From a virus (Duplodnaviria > Caudoviricetes), in IMG/VR virus record IMGVR_UViG_3300048893_000042, positions 13,382 through 77,381 of that record: a stretch of 64,000 bases of DNA. One strand, 5' to 3'. The translations under genes were made by a program, and so were the position numbers. Below, piece after piece: positions 1-9,078 of this stretch. The number at the start of each line of letters is the position of its first letter. The stretch's first letter is position 1. A model generated the notes under the pieces. That model saw only the letters and a program-made list of their open reading frames with translations. It was not told the DNA's origin and searched no databases.

Positions 1-378
1 CAGACCAACCGTGCCACCGGTCTGCTGCATGGGTGTTCCAAGTGCCGTCAGGATTGACGTGGCCCTTTGGGCTATGCGCTGGAGCAGGGCATTGAGGCTG
101 CAGGACCCGTTGTCAGTCGCACAAGCAGTCGCACCGGGTGGTCCGATGTCCGTGTTCGTGGTGCCAACCGTCGTGTCCAGGGCCAGCGCCGAGGTGTTCA
201 AGTTGGTGCCAGCGTTGGCCGTGACACTGCCCCCGCTCGCCTGCATCGGAGTGCCGAGTGCAGCAGCAATGGCATTCAGCGCCGCAAGAACGTTGGTGTA
301 CCCCGTAGCACTCCAAGCAGCACCAGCAACAGACAGTACCAGGGCAGCCGCGAGAAGCAGGCGTCTCATTGTTTTCAT
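1..378 (-). CDS. Partial gene running off the window; Ala/Gly/Thr-rich protein with a signal-peptide-like N-terminus (not in ORF track)
   Basis: GAGGAGG RBS then ATG at 378; 126 open codons: MKTMRRLLLAAALVLSVAGAAWSATG...; internal repeat ALGTPMQ(A/Q)(S/T)GG(S/T)V twice. Confidence 0.8.
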   Translation of the reverse strand, partial: MKTMRRLLLAAALVLSVAGAAWSATGYTNVLAALNAIAAALGTPMQASGGSVTANAGTNLNTSALALDTTVGTTNTDIGPPGATACATDNGSCSLNALLQRIAQRATSILTALGTPMQQTGGTVGL

Positions 379-384
379 GCCTCC

Positions 385-810
385 TCAGAGCAGGATCAGG
401 GTCAGGGTGCGGTCAGCTACTTGGTTGACCGGGACGCTACTGGTGCCCGACCTCACCTTCATCTTGCTCACCCCCAGGAAGGTGGACGGGTCCACCCGGA
501 CGTACTGAGATGCTGACACCGTCAGCAGAAGCTCATCCCCACCTCCGTCATAGAACTCCAGCCAGGTCACTCCGCCATCGACACTGACCTGAAAGGTGAG
601 ACCCGCTGTTGTCCAGGCAGCCGACATGCCGACGCCCACCAGGCTCTTGCTGCTCCCAAAGTCCACCGAGGCGGACAGCGAAGACCCACTCGCGATCAGC
701 ACGCTCTGTGACTGTGCATCAGGAGTCATCTTGAGGGTGTGGACCCCCTCCACCTCATCGGTGGCGAGGCGCACACCCGGTGACCCCAGGTGGATGCTCG
801 ATGAGGTCAT
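385..810 (-). CDS. Conserved hypothetical beta-rich protein downstream of endolysin
   Basis: ORF 385-858; ATG at 810 lies just after the endolysin stop; coding-like composition. Confidence 0.75.
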   Translation of the reverse strand: MTSSSIHLGSPGVRLATDEVEGVHTLKMTPDAQSQSVLIASGSSLSASVDFGSSKSLVGVGMSAAWTTAGLTFQVSVDGGVTWLEFYDGGGDELLLTVSASQYVRVDPSTFLGVSKMKVRSGTSSVPVNQVADRTLTLILL

Positions 811-814
811 GATT

Positions 815-1696
815 CTAAACCCCCAGTGCTGCCTTGGTTGCGGGTCCAGCGATGCCATCCACCGTCAGCTGGTGGGCATCCTGGAATGCCTCGACTGCTG
901 CCTCGGTCTGTGCGCCAAACACCCCGTCAGCCGAGGTGCCGAGTGCGGCCTGGAGCCTCTTCACGTCATCCCCAGTCATCCCGACCCTCAGCACCCTCCC
1001 GGCCGCATGGACAGGCGGCAGTGGCTCTGCGCCCGGCTGCTCAGTGCTCGCGCTCGCGGCCAGCGGAGACGGTATAGCCCCTTCGCCTGCCGAAGCATAG
1101 TGGTAGAACGCCGTCGCCAGTTTCTGATCATACCCATTCGCCCGCTCGCCGGCCCCGTTGTAGCCCACTGCCAGGTCAACAAACCCCGGCGGGTCGGACC
1201 TCAGTGCCCTTAGGAGGCCTGCCGACCTGATGAAGCTGCCAAACCCCCTGAGGTGCGCGTCCTCACTGTCGGCATAGTCAGCCCACATCTCTGAGGCGCT
1301 GGAGTAGCCCAGCATCGCAAAGTTCATCCCCATCACCTGGTACCTGCCCAGGGAGGAGCTCTGGAGGGCCGCATCCGGGTCCAGGGTGTAGGCCTGGAGG
1401 AACCGGTCCCACTGGTGTGTGCCCCCGGCCCCGTACAGCGAGCGGTCCCAGACCGGCGAGCTGAGGTTGGGGTAGCTCTCATCAAACCGGCCCTGCGTCT
1501 TGAGGTGGAAGATGCGGGCCTCGTGCAGTATCTTCAGGCGTCCATCCCCCGGGATGAAGCCGCCACCCGCACTCTCGATGTCACTGAAGGCGTGTATGAT
1601 CGCGGTCGTGCACTGGAGCAGTGCGGCCTCGCGGGTGATGTCTTCCGGCTGGAGCAGACGAGCTGCGCCCCGGAAGTCCTTCGGCAGTGTGGACAT
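815..1696 (-). CDS. Endolysin: DUF3380-type N-acetylmuramidase plus C-terminal peptidoglycan-binding domain
   Basis: DIESAGGGF..DGRLKILHE, SSLGRYQVMGMNF and GYNG motifs; C-terminal LRVGMTGDDVKRLQ..LG..ADGVFG..TEAAV..FQ..VDGIAGPAT (PG_binding_1 pattern). Confidence 0.9.
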   Translation of the reverse strand: MSTLPKDFRGAARLLQPEDITREAALLQCTTAIIHAFSDIESAGGGFIPGDGRLKILHEARIFHLKTQGRFDESYPNLSSPVWDRSLYGAGGTHQWDRFLQAYTLDPDAALQSSSLGRYQVMGMNFAMLGYSSASEMWADYADSEDAHLRGFGSFIRSAGLLRALRSDPPGFVDLAVGYNGAGERANGYDQKLATAFYHYASAGEGAIPSPLAASASTEQPGAEPLPPVHAAGRVLRVGMTGDDVKRLQAALGTSADGVFGAQTEAAVEAFQDAHQLTVDGIAGPATKAALGV

Positions 1697-1707
1697 GACT
1701 CAACTCC

Positions 1708-2118
1708 TCACATGATGAACCACCCCGTGGGGTCAACGATGACGTTGTAGGCTGCCCCAGCCGGCGTGACCGGGAGGCCAACCACATCAGTGTCCTGGAA
1801 CATGACCAGTCGCGACGTGGACGGGGTGCCACTGTCCACGAACAGGGCAAGGGCCTCAGCAGACACGCTGGTGAGCGGGTCGAACCGACCGTTGGCACTG
1901 TGGAAGGCCCCGTCGTCACCGACTGACTTGCTGGTCAGGGCACCCGAGATTGCCAGCTGGGCTCCACTGGGGATGTCCGACAGGAACTCATGGGCTGCAT
2001 CGTAGGTGTAGGTGCCTTCGTCGATCAGCACCACCTTGACGGAACCCGTCAGCAGGTTGACATTCGCCCCGCCACTCATGGAGGCCTTCTTGTACTTCGG
2101 ATACACATGGTTGGCCAT
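1708..2118 (-). CDS. Virion structural (tail-associated) protein
   Basis: MANHVYPKYK...VKVVLID..YTY...HEFLSDIP pattern seen in phage tail modules; position. Confidence 0.7.
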   Translation of the reverse strand: MANHVYPKYKKASMSGGANVNLLTGSVKVVLIDEGTYTYDAAHEFLSDIPSGAQLAISGALTSKSVGDDGAFHSANGRFDPLTSVSAEALALFVDSGTPSTSRLVMFQDTDVVGLPVTPAGAAYNVIVDPTGWFIM

Positions 2119-2124
2119 TGCGAT

Positions 2125-2268
2125 CTATCCTGTGATGACGAAGACTGAGACGTTCGTCGCTGGGGTTGGGTTGGTTAGGTTGAAGTCCACTGCGTTGCCC
2201 GCCGGTGGGGTGTAGGACCCTGACGCGTTGAAGTCCACTGCGTTGCCCGCCGGTGGGGTGTACGTCAC
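2125..2268 (-). CDS. 47-aa micro-protein with duplicated YTPPAGNAVDFN (not in ORF track)
   Basis: GTG at 2268 overlaps upstream TGA (GTGA); TAG at 2125; MTYTPPAGNAVDFNASGSYTPPAGNAVDFNLTNPTPATNVSVFVITG. Confidence 0.7.
   Translation of the reverse strand: MTYTPPAGNAVDFNASGSYTPPAGNAVDFNLTNPTPATNVSVFVITG
2179..2262. repeat. Perfect 36-bp direct repeat x2, 48-bp period (coding)
   Basis: GTTGAAGTCCACTGCGTTGCCCGCCGGTGGGGTGTA at 2179-2214 and 2227-2262. Confidence 0.95.
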
Positions 2269-3185
2269 AGCGGCACCACGTTGTCAAACACCTGGGCGTT
2301 GTATGTGGTTCCATCGAGGGCCACCACTATGGTCTTCGCCCTGCCCAGGGCAGGCATGGTGAAGTTCCCTGACCCATCAGTCAACACCTCACCCACCTTC
2401 TCACCGCTCGCCCGGTCGAAGAGCAGCACCCGCCGCCCCGACACTGCAACCCCAGCTTCCTTCATGTTGCCTGCGATGTTCAGTGACCCAGACAGCGATC
2501 CATAGCCCCCCAACCATGGCGTCCTCTGGTTGGCAATCGACACAGGGTCCTGGCGAGCTGGGCCGTCATGGGTCGCACCACTGCCCGTTATCTCGGCTGC
2601 GATGCTGACCGCTGCGCTCGTGTCCACTGAGAGGTAGCCCGTGGGTGCCGTGTGCGCGAACCCAGAGGTGAACACTGCGGTGCCCGCACCCGTGGTCGTG
2701 GACGCGGCGAAGGCTGGCAGCAATGTCCCGAACGCCATGCCCGAGAAGTCAATGCCACCCACGTTGCCGACCGGGTTCTGGTTGGCGATCACGTCATTGT
2801 TCCAGTTGCCTCCGTTGACCCTTCCCCAGAACAGCCGGGCCTGGGGGTTCACTGCCACCTCGACCACATCACCCTGGACATAGGTCGCGATGGTTGCCAG
2901 GGTGGCGTTGTTCTGCCTCACCGTGCCATTGTTCAGCCATCCCAGGCTATTCGCGTCGTTGCCCACCAACAGGCTGTTCGCGTTGTTCCAGCTGCGGTTG
3001 GCGATGCCGATGGACATCGTTGAGGCAATGGTCGTTGCCGTGACCTGCCAATAGGACGGCCCACTGAGTGCCCGGGTCGCGAACACCCCCGGGTTGGTCC
3101 CGCTCGCGGCGGTCGCAACCAGGTTGCTGCCTGACAGGGTTATGCCGGCAGCCTTGTTGTTTGGGTCCCAGGTGGTCGCCGCCAT
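2265..3185 (-). CDS. Tail fibre/adhesin-like protein with SPRY/concanavalin-like domain and C-terminal beta-sandwich
   Basis: TWDPNNKAAGITLSGSNLVAT...YWQV...IGIAN...GDVVEVAVN (SPRY-like); C-terminal GRRVLLFDRASGE...TDGSGNF. Confidence 0.7.
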   Translation of the reverse strand: MAATTWDPNNKAAGITLSGSNLVATAASGTNPGVFATRALSGPSYWQVTATTIASTMSIGIANRSWNNANSLLVGNDANSLGWLNNGTVRQNNATLATIATYVQGDVVEVAVNPQARLFWGRVNGGNWNNDVIANQNPVGNVGGIDFSGMAFGTLLPAFAASTTTGAGTAVFTSGFAHTAPTGYLSVDTSAAVSIAAEITGSGATHDGPARQDPVSIANQRTPWLGGYGSLSGSLNIAGNMKEAGVAVSGRRVLLFDRASGEKVGEVLTDGSGNFTMPALGRAKTIVVALDGTTYNAQVFDNVVPL

Positions 3186-3188
3186 GGA

Positions 3189-4268
3189 CTAGCTCCAGGT
3201 GTTCGAAGTCTCGATGTGTATCTGACCTTGATCCTGGTTGTTCGTTGACGTGGCAACCGGGATGTTCTGGACCAGGAAGCTCTTGCCGCTCATGTTACCC
3301 GTTCCACTGTAGGTGTCGTTGTGGTTCAGCGGCCTGTCATGGAGTGGCGCCCAGAGGCCCTTCAGGTAGCCTCGGATGGCGTTGTTGTGGTGTATCCAGA
3401 TCGGTGAGAGGTACAGGCCGCCATCCGGCCCATTGGGGTAGGGGAAGATGTTCGCTGACAGGGTGTTCCTGCCAATGCCGACCTGGTTGCCCGTCATCAG
3501 GGTCGTGCCCGACGTGCCCGTGCCTGCCCCACCTGTTCCGCCACCCATCTTAGCCTGGTCAATGTGCTTGCCCACGATCACAGAACCACCTGTGCCTGTC
3601 CAGGAGCGAGCCATGTAGTGACCGCCAATCGTGTTCGCCAGGAAGGTTGAGTTGCTGAGGGTCAGCAGGCCTCCCAGTGGGTTCGAGAACCCAAAGTTGT
3701 TGGTGATGTTCGCCGCGTTGTTGCCAATGATGATGCACCGGTAGGCGTCACTGGACTTGTACGAGAAGATGTCACCAAAGGCAAAGGCTAGGGCACAGGT
3801 CGGCGAGGTGACGTCACCTGTCTCAATGAACACATAGACCACCGTGTCATCTGCGATGATCGTCCAGGCCCTTGCGGTCGCATCCGCAGTGTTGGACTTG
3901 CGACAGACAAGTGCCCCCGCCGGGGCTGACCCAGTGAGGTTGATCTGACCCGATGTGGGGAACTGCCCGGTGCCAGTGCTGATGGCACTCATGGTCTCAA
4001 AGCCCACCACGAAGGCTTCCTTGGCAGTGTTCCCCGTGCCCGTGTCATCCACGTTGAGGTAGAAGCCCGTTCCATCAGTCGCCGAGTTGCGGTAGGCCTC
4101 CTTGTTGGTCGCGGTGAACGCACTGGTCCATCCCGCACCTGCCGCCTGGGCACCCGCCCCATACCCCGCGACCAGCACCGCATGGAGCAGCGCAACCAGC
4201 GATCCAGCCTGCCCCGTGAGCACAGGGGCACTGGCGTCAGTCGAGCGGAAGACGATGGGTGCGGTCAT
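3189..4268 (-). CDS. Tail fibre-associated virion protein
   Basis: N-terminal FRSTDASAPVLTGQAGSLVALLHAVLVAGYG typical of phage tail proteins; Gly/Thr-rich. Confidence 0.75.
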   Translation of the reverse strand: MTAPIVFRSTDASAPVLTGQAGSLVALLHAVLVAGYGAGAQAAGAGWTSAFTATNKEAYRNSATDGTGFYLNVDDTGTGNTAKEAFVVGFETMSAISTGTGQFPTSGQINLTGSAPAGALVCRKSNTADATARAWTIIADDTVVYVFIETGDVTSPTCALAFAFGDIFSYKSSDAYRCIIIGNNAANITNNFGFSNPLGGLLTLSNSTFLANTIGGHYMARSWTGTGGSVIVGKHIDQAKMGGGTGGAGTGTSGTTLMTGNQVGIGRNTLSANIFPYPNGPDGGLYLSPIWIHHNNAIRGYLKGLWAPLHDRPLNHNDTYSGTGNMSGKSFLVQNIPVATSTNNQDQGQIHIETSNTWS

Positions 4269-6364
4269 GTTTCATATCCTACCAAGGTTGCATAGAAGCC
4301 AGCAAAGGTCGCGTCAGGTGAAGCTGGCCCCACTATCCTGATGACGTCACCGGCTGCGAAGGTGACGGCTGCCCCGCCACTAGTGGCAAAGGTCGGTGTG
4401 ACGCCGCCGGCTGCTATGGTGATCGTGCCCACATTGCTGAATGAGTTCGGCGTGGCAGTCGCTGCCTTGTCCACACTGATGACAGTGCTCGCTGTGGCGT
4501 TGGCAGTGCCACCTGCCTGGCTGCTCAACCCCAGGTATGATCCAAAGTTCGCCGGTATGGTGACTGCCTTGGCGAACCTGTGGTACATGATCTGCTGGCT
4601 GGCAGTCAGCACCCCGGACATGGACGGTGACAGCACATACTTGGGTCGCTTGTTGGTCCACTTCGCAGAAGTGTAGACCAGCACATCATCCTCAGCGGGG
4701 GAGGTGATCGCTGCGTCGGTCGCACCCGCCAGGGTTGACGTGCCCGTGCCAGACGGCACCGAGTAGCCCCCAGCAGCATCGAGGTACTTGCCGGCTGCGG
4801 CATCTCCAGCGCCGGGAGCCGGTGCGAGGCCCTTCGTTCCGCCCGACCCGCTGTCTCCAACCATCACATCCAGGAGGGCAGTGGCTGCCATGTGTGTGCG
4901 GTTGGTCCACTGGGTGCCGCTCCAGGCGAGGAAGTCACTGGTGGCTGCCGAGGTGATCGTGACGTCAGACAGGCTGTCCAGGGTGATCGACCCCGTGACA
5001 GCCACGGGAACCCCGTCCACATAGAAGCCATGGAAGTTCAGGGTGCCCAGTCCCTCTGACGTGAGCCCGCCGACGCTCATGCCGCCATCGGACCACATCT
5101 CCAGGATGCCTATGGCGTCAACGCCACTGTCCCACGCCGACGCCCCTGAGGGCAGGGCTGCCTGGAAGGCGCTCCCACCCGCGTTCATGATCGTTGACTC
5201 AGCAATCCCGTTCTGGTTGCTGCTGAAGGCCATGGCCAGGTCAGCACTGAACGGGGTGAACGGGAACCCGTGGGTGGCTATGCTGGACGGGTCACCCAGG
5301 TTGCTGTTGTTCCCGTACCAGACGGTTGGTGCTGATGTCTTCCTCCAGAGGGCATACCCACTGGTCAGGTCCCACAGCAGACCAATCCACTCGTTGTTGG
5401 GACCAGACGTTGCCCCAGAGTGTGTCATGGTACCATTCAGGTACCAGTCGCCATTGCTTCCCACCCCGCACTTCAGGCCAACACTCTTGGCGCCACCGGA
5501 CGCCTCGGTGCCGATGCGGTCTGAGTTCAGGTGGGTCGGTCGCGCTATGCCAAAGCTGAAGTCTGCTCCCGAGGACCCACAGAACATCTCGAAGTACTTC
5601 AGGCCACTGCTGTTGAGCGAGGTCCCGATGATGGCTTCATTCGTGCTGTTGACGTTCGTGGTCGCTGTGTGGCCGCTGTTCGTTATGGTGAAGTGGGTGT
5701 TGTAGGTCGCCAGCCACTGGTCGCCCACTGCCCCAGTGGGGTTAATGCTGAACCTTACGATGGTGCCCCGCGCCGAGTGAGACCAGTTCTCTGCGGCCTC
5801 GCAGATCATCGAGCCGCCGATCTTCCACCCACTGTCGGTCTCATCCCATCCATAGAACGTCACCCCACCGAGGCGCTGCCCCGTGAGCAGGTAGGTCGGT
5901 GACCGGATCGTGCCGTCAGCACCCTCCAGTGCGATGTCAGCATAGCTTCCCGTGACTCCGTTGATGTAGTTCCTCAGCTCGATCTTGCCTGCACCCTCGT
6001 GCTCCACCACCAGGGTTGAGTAGAAGCCGTCCAGGGCCTCGTGGTAGCACCAGATTCGGCTGGTGCCAGACAGCACGATCCTCGCGTTGCTGTTCGTGGA
6101 GAACTCGACTGTGTCACGTGAGAAGGTGCTCGGTGCCCCCGCCGTCACCCGGCCTCGCCCCTTCTCCCAGCTCGTGCCATCCCCCGAGATGAGGACATAG
6201 GAGGTGTCCACCTGGTCACCCGGCGAACCCTCTCCAAAGGGGGTCAGGAGCCCAGCCACAAAGCTGCGGCACTGGAGGGTCGCACCGCCCAAGTTCACCA
6301 CCAGGGCAGAGCCGGTGTCTGTGACCACCTCCCGAACGCGCTCAGCCTTGCGGAATGGGACCAT
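4265..6364 (-). CDS. Tail fibre / receptor-binding protein (699 aa) with internal SPRY-like domain
   Basis: Fibre motifs TLDSLSDVTITSAATSDFLAWSGTQWTN and TLAGATDAAITSPAEDDVLVYTSAKWTN; KGLAPAPGAGD..KYL; SPRY-like core SGLKYFEM...FSFGIAR. Confidence 0.8.
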   Translation of the reverse strand: MVPFRKAERVREVVTDTGSALVVNLGGATLQCRSFVAGLLTPFGEGSPGDQVDTSYVLISGDGTSWEKGRGRVTAGAPSTFSRDTVEFSTNSNARIVLSGTSRIWCYHEALDGFYSTLVVEHEGAGKIELRNYINGVTGSYADIALEGADGTIRSPTYLLTGQRLGGVTFYGWDETDSGWKIGGSMICEAAENWSHSARGTIVRFSINPTGAVGDQWLATYNTHFTITNSGHTATTNVNSTNEAIIGTSLNSSGLKYFEMFCGSSGADFSFGIARPTHLNSDRIGTEASGGAKSVGLKCGVGSNGDWYLNGTMTHSGATSGPNNEWIGLLWDLTSGYALWRKTSAPTVWYGNNSNLGDPSSIATHGFPFTPFSADLAMAFSSNQNGIAESTIMNAGGSAFQAALPSGASAWDSGVDAIGILEMWSDGGMSVGGLTSEGLGTLNFHGFYVDGVPVAVTGSITLDSLSDVTITSAATSDFLAWSGTQWTNRTHMAATALLDVMVGDSGSGGTKGLAPAPGAGDAAAGKYLDAAGGYSVPSGTGTSTLAGATDAAITSPAEDDVLVYTSAKWTNKRPKYVLSPSMSGVLTASQQIMYHRFAKAVTIPANFGSYLGLSSQAGGTANATASTVISVDKAATATPNSFSNVGTITIAAGGVTPTFATSGGAAVTFAAGDVIRIVGPASPDATFAGFYATLVGYET

Positions 6365-6374
6365 GCCTCAGCTC

Positions 6375-6842
6375 CTAGATGGGGTCACTGCCAATTGGGC
6401 TGATGCCAATCGGGCCGCCATCATCATCCTCAGTCACAACCGTCCCGGTCGGGAAGGTGCTGGTGTTGACCACCCTGGATGGTCTCAAGGCCCCATCCGC
6501 AGGAGAAGCAGACACCTCGGTCCCGGTCGGGAAGGTGCTGGTGTTGACCACCCGTGACGGCTCTATGGCGCCATCGGGCGGTGACTCAGACACCTCGGTC
6601 CCGGTCGGGAAGGTGCTGGTGTTGACCACCCGTGACGGGAGGATGTCGAGGTCCGCGCCCGTCGTTATCCTGTGGTGCCCAAACGTGCTCAGGTTGATCA
6701 CCCGGGTCAGGGTGATGGTTCCGTCAGCCTCGATCCTCGTTCCCCTGGGGAACACCGACCTGTTCGCAAACGTTCTCGGCGCCAGGTCAGTGGGGTCCAG
6801 TACAGGCTTGACCTGAGGAACTATGGTGAAGTGGAGGGGCAA
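6375..6842 (-). CDS. Tail-associated protein with 26-aa tandem repeats
   Basis: PSRVVNTSTFPTGT three times at a 26-aa period plus two degenerate copies; TTG start just after upstream stop. Confidence 0.7.
   Translation of the reverse strand: MPLHFTIVPQVKPVLDPTDLAPRTFANRSVFPRGTRIEADGTITLTRVINLSTFGHHRITTGADLDILPSRVVNTSTFPTGTEVSESPPDGAIEPSRVVNTSTFPTGTEVSASPADGALRPSRVVNTSTFPTGTVVTEDDDGGPIGISPIGSDPI
6442..6631. repeat. 34-bp exact repeat x3, 78-bp period (coding)
   Basis: GTCCCGGTCGGGAAGGTGCTGGTGTTGACCACCC at 6442, 6520, 6598. Confidence 0.95.
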
Positions 6843-6843
6843 C

Positions 6844-7629
6844 TCAAATCACCCTCTTCGCGATGATGCCCACTGAGAGGCCCGCTGCCACCGCGTCTGC
6901 CGCTGCCGGCGGTCCCACCGCAAGGCGCTGCCCAACCGGGATGTCCACCAGGTCGGAACTTATCACAACTGTCCCCAGCGTCTCCCCCGCCAGCACCGTC
7001 ACCGTGCCCACAGCCCCATCATCGAGGTAGATGGTCATGACCTGGTCAACCGACACCGGTGCCTCCTGGAGGTAGGCAATGTGGTGGTCCACCCCTGTCC
7101 CATCCACCGTAAGGTGTCTCAGGGCAGGGTACTGGAAGAGATACGTGGCAGTGACGTCCGACAGCCGCCCGGGATAGTAGAACGCAACGTCATAGCTCAA
7201 GTCGCTCGGCGGGTCCACACCCAGCATCTTGAGGTATGCTGGGTTGCCCCCGATCATCAAGTCTGGGTTGAATGCCCCGGTCGTGTTGTGGTCCTGGAGC
7301 ACAAGGAAGAGGCCCTTGCCCTCCACCGTGATCACATCCAGGGTCGTGTAGAGGGTCGGGAACCCATACTCACCGCGCCAGCGGAACTCCAGGACAGGCA
7401 GGGGCAGTGGACCCAGAACTGTGCCATCCTGGAGGGTAAACTTGATCTTGGTCTCATCCACCACGTCAATCGCCGAGATGCCATTCGGCTGCGGCCGATC
7501 AGACTGCAGCGCCAGGATCGCCTGAGCGATGTTCCAGAAGTTGGTATCCAGCTGGGCAGCAGTAAGGTTGGTGCCCAGGCCCGTCCCCCACCGAGACGGA
7601 TCATCAGTGCGGAAGACGAGGTCAACCAT
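6844..7629 (-). CDS. Tail tip/fibre attachment protein
   Basis: N-terminal LVFRTDDPSRWGTG.GTNLTAAQLDTNFWNI and FRWRGEY pattern of phage tail proteins; position. Confidence 0.7.
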   Translation of the reverse strand: MVDLVFRTDDPSRWGTGLGTNLTAAQLDTNFWNIAQAILALQSDRPQPNGISAIDVVDETKIKFTLQDGTVLGPLPLPVLEFRWRGEYGFPTLYTTLDVITVEGKGLFLVLQDHNTTGAFNPDLMIGGNPAYLKMLGVDPPSDLSYDVAFYYPGRLSDVTATYLFQYPALRHLTVDGTGVDHHIAYLQEAPVSVDQVMTIYLDDGAVGTVTVLAGETLGTVVISSDLVDIPVGQRLAVGPPAAADAVAAGLSVGIIAKRVI

Positions 7630-8633
7630 CAGACAAACCCCGAGCGGTCAAACCGGGCAAGCACTGTGCCAACCGGCGCGCGGCCATCCATCTTCCTCGT
7701 GGTCTTGATCTCATTCGGATCATCCGAGGTCAACACTCTGAGCGCCCCGGCAGTATAGACCCCTCCTCCAGAGAAGTAATCTAGTTCAACTTCTGAGTTA
7801 GTTTCTCTGGTAGACTTGTCCAAAGTGACTATGACCACCTGTTCCTTGAGGTTATTCAGGCTTACCATGTAGGTGTCCCTGTTCCGGCCTTCTAAGGTCT
7901 GGGATGAATACTTGATGTAGGTGATACCGACCTGTATCGGCTGGAGGAAGTATGGCCAGACACCTTCCTGAGTGACCCACAGCTCATAGTCTGGGTGCGT
8001 GAATGTCTCGAACGTGCCCCCACCAATTCCTCCTCCCGTGATCCATTGCCCCGCCGGCAGGTAGGTCACAGAAGTAGTCCCCCACCCACCATGAGGTTCC
8101 GGGAGGACCAGACGTAGGTCCCTGGTGTAGACTATGACCCCATCCGGGTGACGCCTCTTGGCTGCATCCACGATGCCCGGCTGGAGGGCCACCGCCGCAT
8201 TGAATGCTTCTACCTGCTGCGAGTTGAAGAGGGCCACCGCCGCGTCCCAGCGGTCCTGGTCCTGCTTCCGAAACCTCTCAATCGGGTCAACCACCACTAT
8301 CGCCGGGTTCACAAATGCCACTGGGTCAGCAAACAGACCATCATAGATGTAAGGCCCCTGCACCGTGTGCTGGTCCACTGGGTTGGGCTGATTGAACTGG
8401 ACCTCGATCAGCGGAGCAGTGTCATCCACTCCCTGTCGAGGGTCTATCACCTGGCCAGGGTCATAGTGCCTCTCAGTGACTGTCGTGGTGACTGAGAAGT
8501 CAAACTGTATGTCCGCAGGGTAGTCAACCTCCAGCCTCGCAAACGCCTTCCCCCAGTGGACCTCCACGATGTTCTGGAACGGGTCCAAGCTCACTGGGCG
8601 GGCATCACTGCCCTCAACGGGGGGGTCAGACAC
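7629..8633 (-). CDS. Hypothetical tail-module protein
   Basis: 334-aa ORF coupled to neighbours; N-terminal LDPFQNIVEVHWG; lower-GC 3' half. Confidence 0.7.
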   Translation of the reverse strand: MSDPPVEGSDARPVSLDPFQNIVEVHWGKAFARLEVDYPADIQFDFSVTTTVTERHYDPGQVIDPRQGVDDTAPLIEVQFNQPNPVDQHTVQGPYIYDGLFADPVAFVNPAIVVVDPIERFRKQDQDRWDAAVALFNSQQVEAFNAAVALQPGIVDAAKRRHPDGVIVYTRDLRLVLPEPHGGWGTTSVTYLPAGQWITGGGIGGGTFETFTHPDYELWVTQEGVWPYFLQPIQVGITYIKYSSQTLEGRNRDTYMVSLNNLKEQVVIVTLDKSTRETNSEVELDYFSGGGVYTAGALRVLTSDDPNEIKTTRKMDGRAPVGTVLARFDRSGFV

Positions 8634-8634
8634 T

Positions 8635-9078
8635 TCAGTGGTTCTTCAGTGTGAAGCTGGCCTTGCACTGCCCCGGCTTCTCGGTGCCGGTAGTGCCCGT
8701 GTCGAAGCTGGCGTCGAACTCGGCGAGGGCGCGAGCCGTCTCACTCGACTCACCAAAGCAGACGTTGGTGCGGTCCAGGCCGAAGGCGATCTGGGTGACG
8801 CGCTCCACGATCACAAACTGGGTTGGATCATTCGGGTTGGTCACCTTGACCTTCTCGGTCTGCCTGTCCTGCTCGGTGTTGACGTCCTTGCAGCAGGCCA
8901 GCGTCTTGATGCCGCCGCCGGTCTGGACCTCCTCGGCCACAGGCGTGGGCATGCCGCCTGCCTGTCCCCAGATCAGCTCTGCGACCCCGGCGCTGACCTG
9001 CCGGTTCGATGACACGATCCTCTGGGTGGCCAGTGCCCCCGGGTTCTGCCATGGACGGACTATTGCCTCAAGCATCAC
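8635..9078 (-). CDS. Hypothetical virion protein
   Basis: Coupled ORF in tail module; MLEAIVRPWQ start. Confidence 0.7.
   Translation of the reverse strand: MMLEAIVRPWQNPGALATQRIVSSNRQVSAGVAELIWGQAGGMPTPVAEEVQTGGGIKTLACCKDVNTEQDRQTEKVKVTNPNDPTQFVIVERVTQIAFGLDRTNVCFGESSETARALAEFDASFDTGTTGTEKPGQCKASFTLKNH

Noticed and set aside
6442-6631. CRISPR-like geometry: 34-bp repeats x3 with 44-bp spacers
   Set aside because: Spacers resemble each other, the period is a multiple of 3, the unit lies in an ORF giving 26-aa repeats, and there are no cas genes
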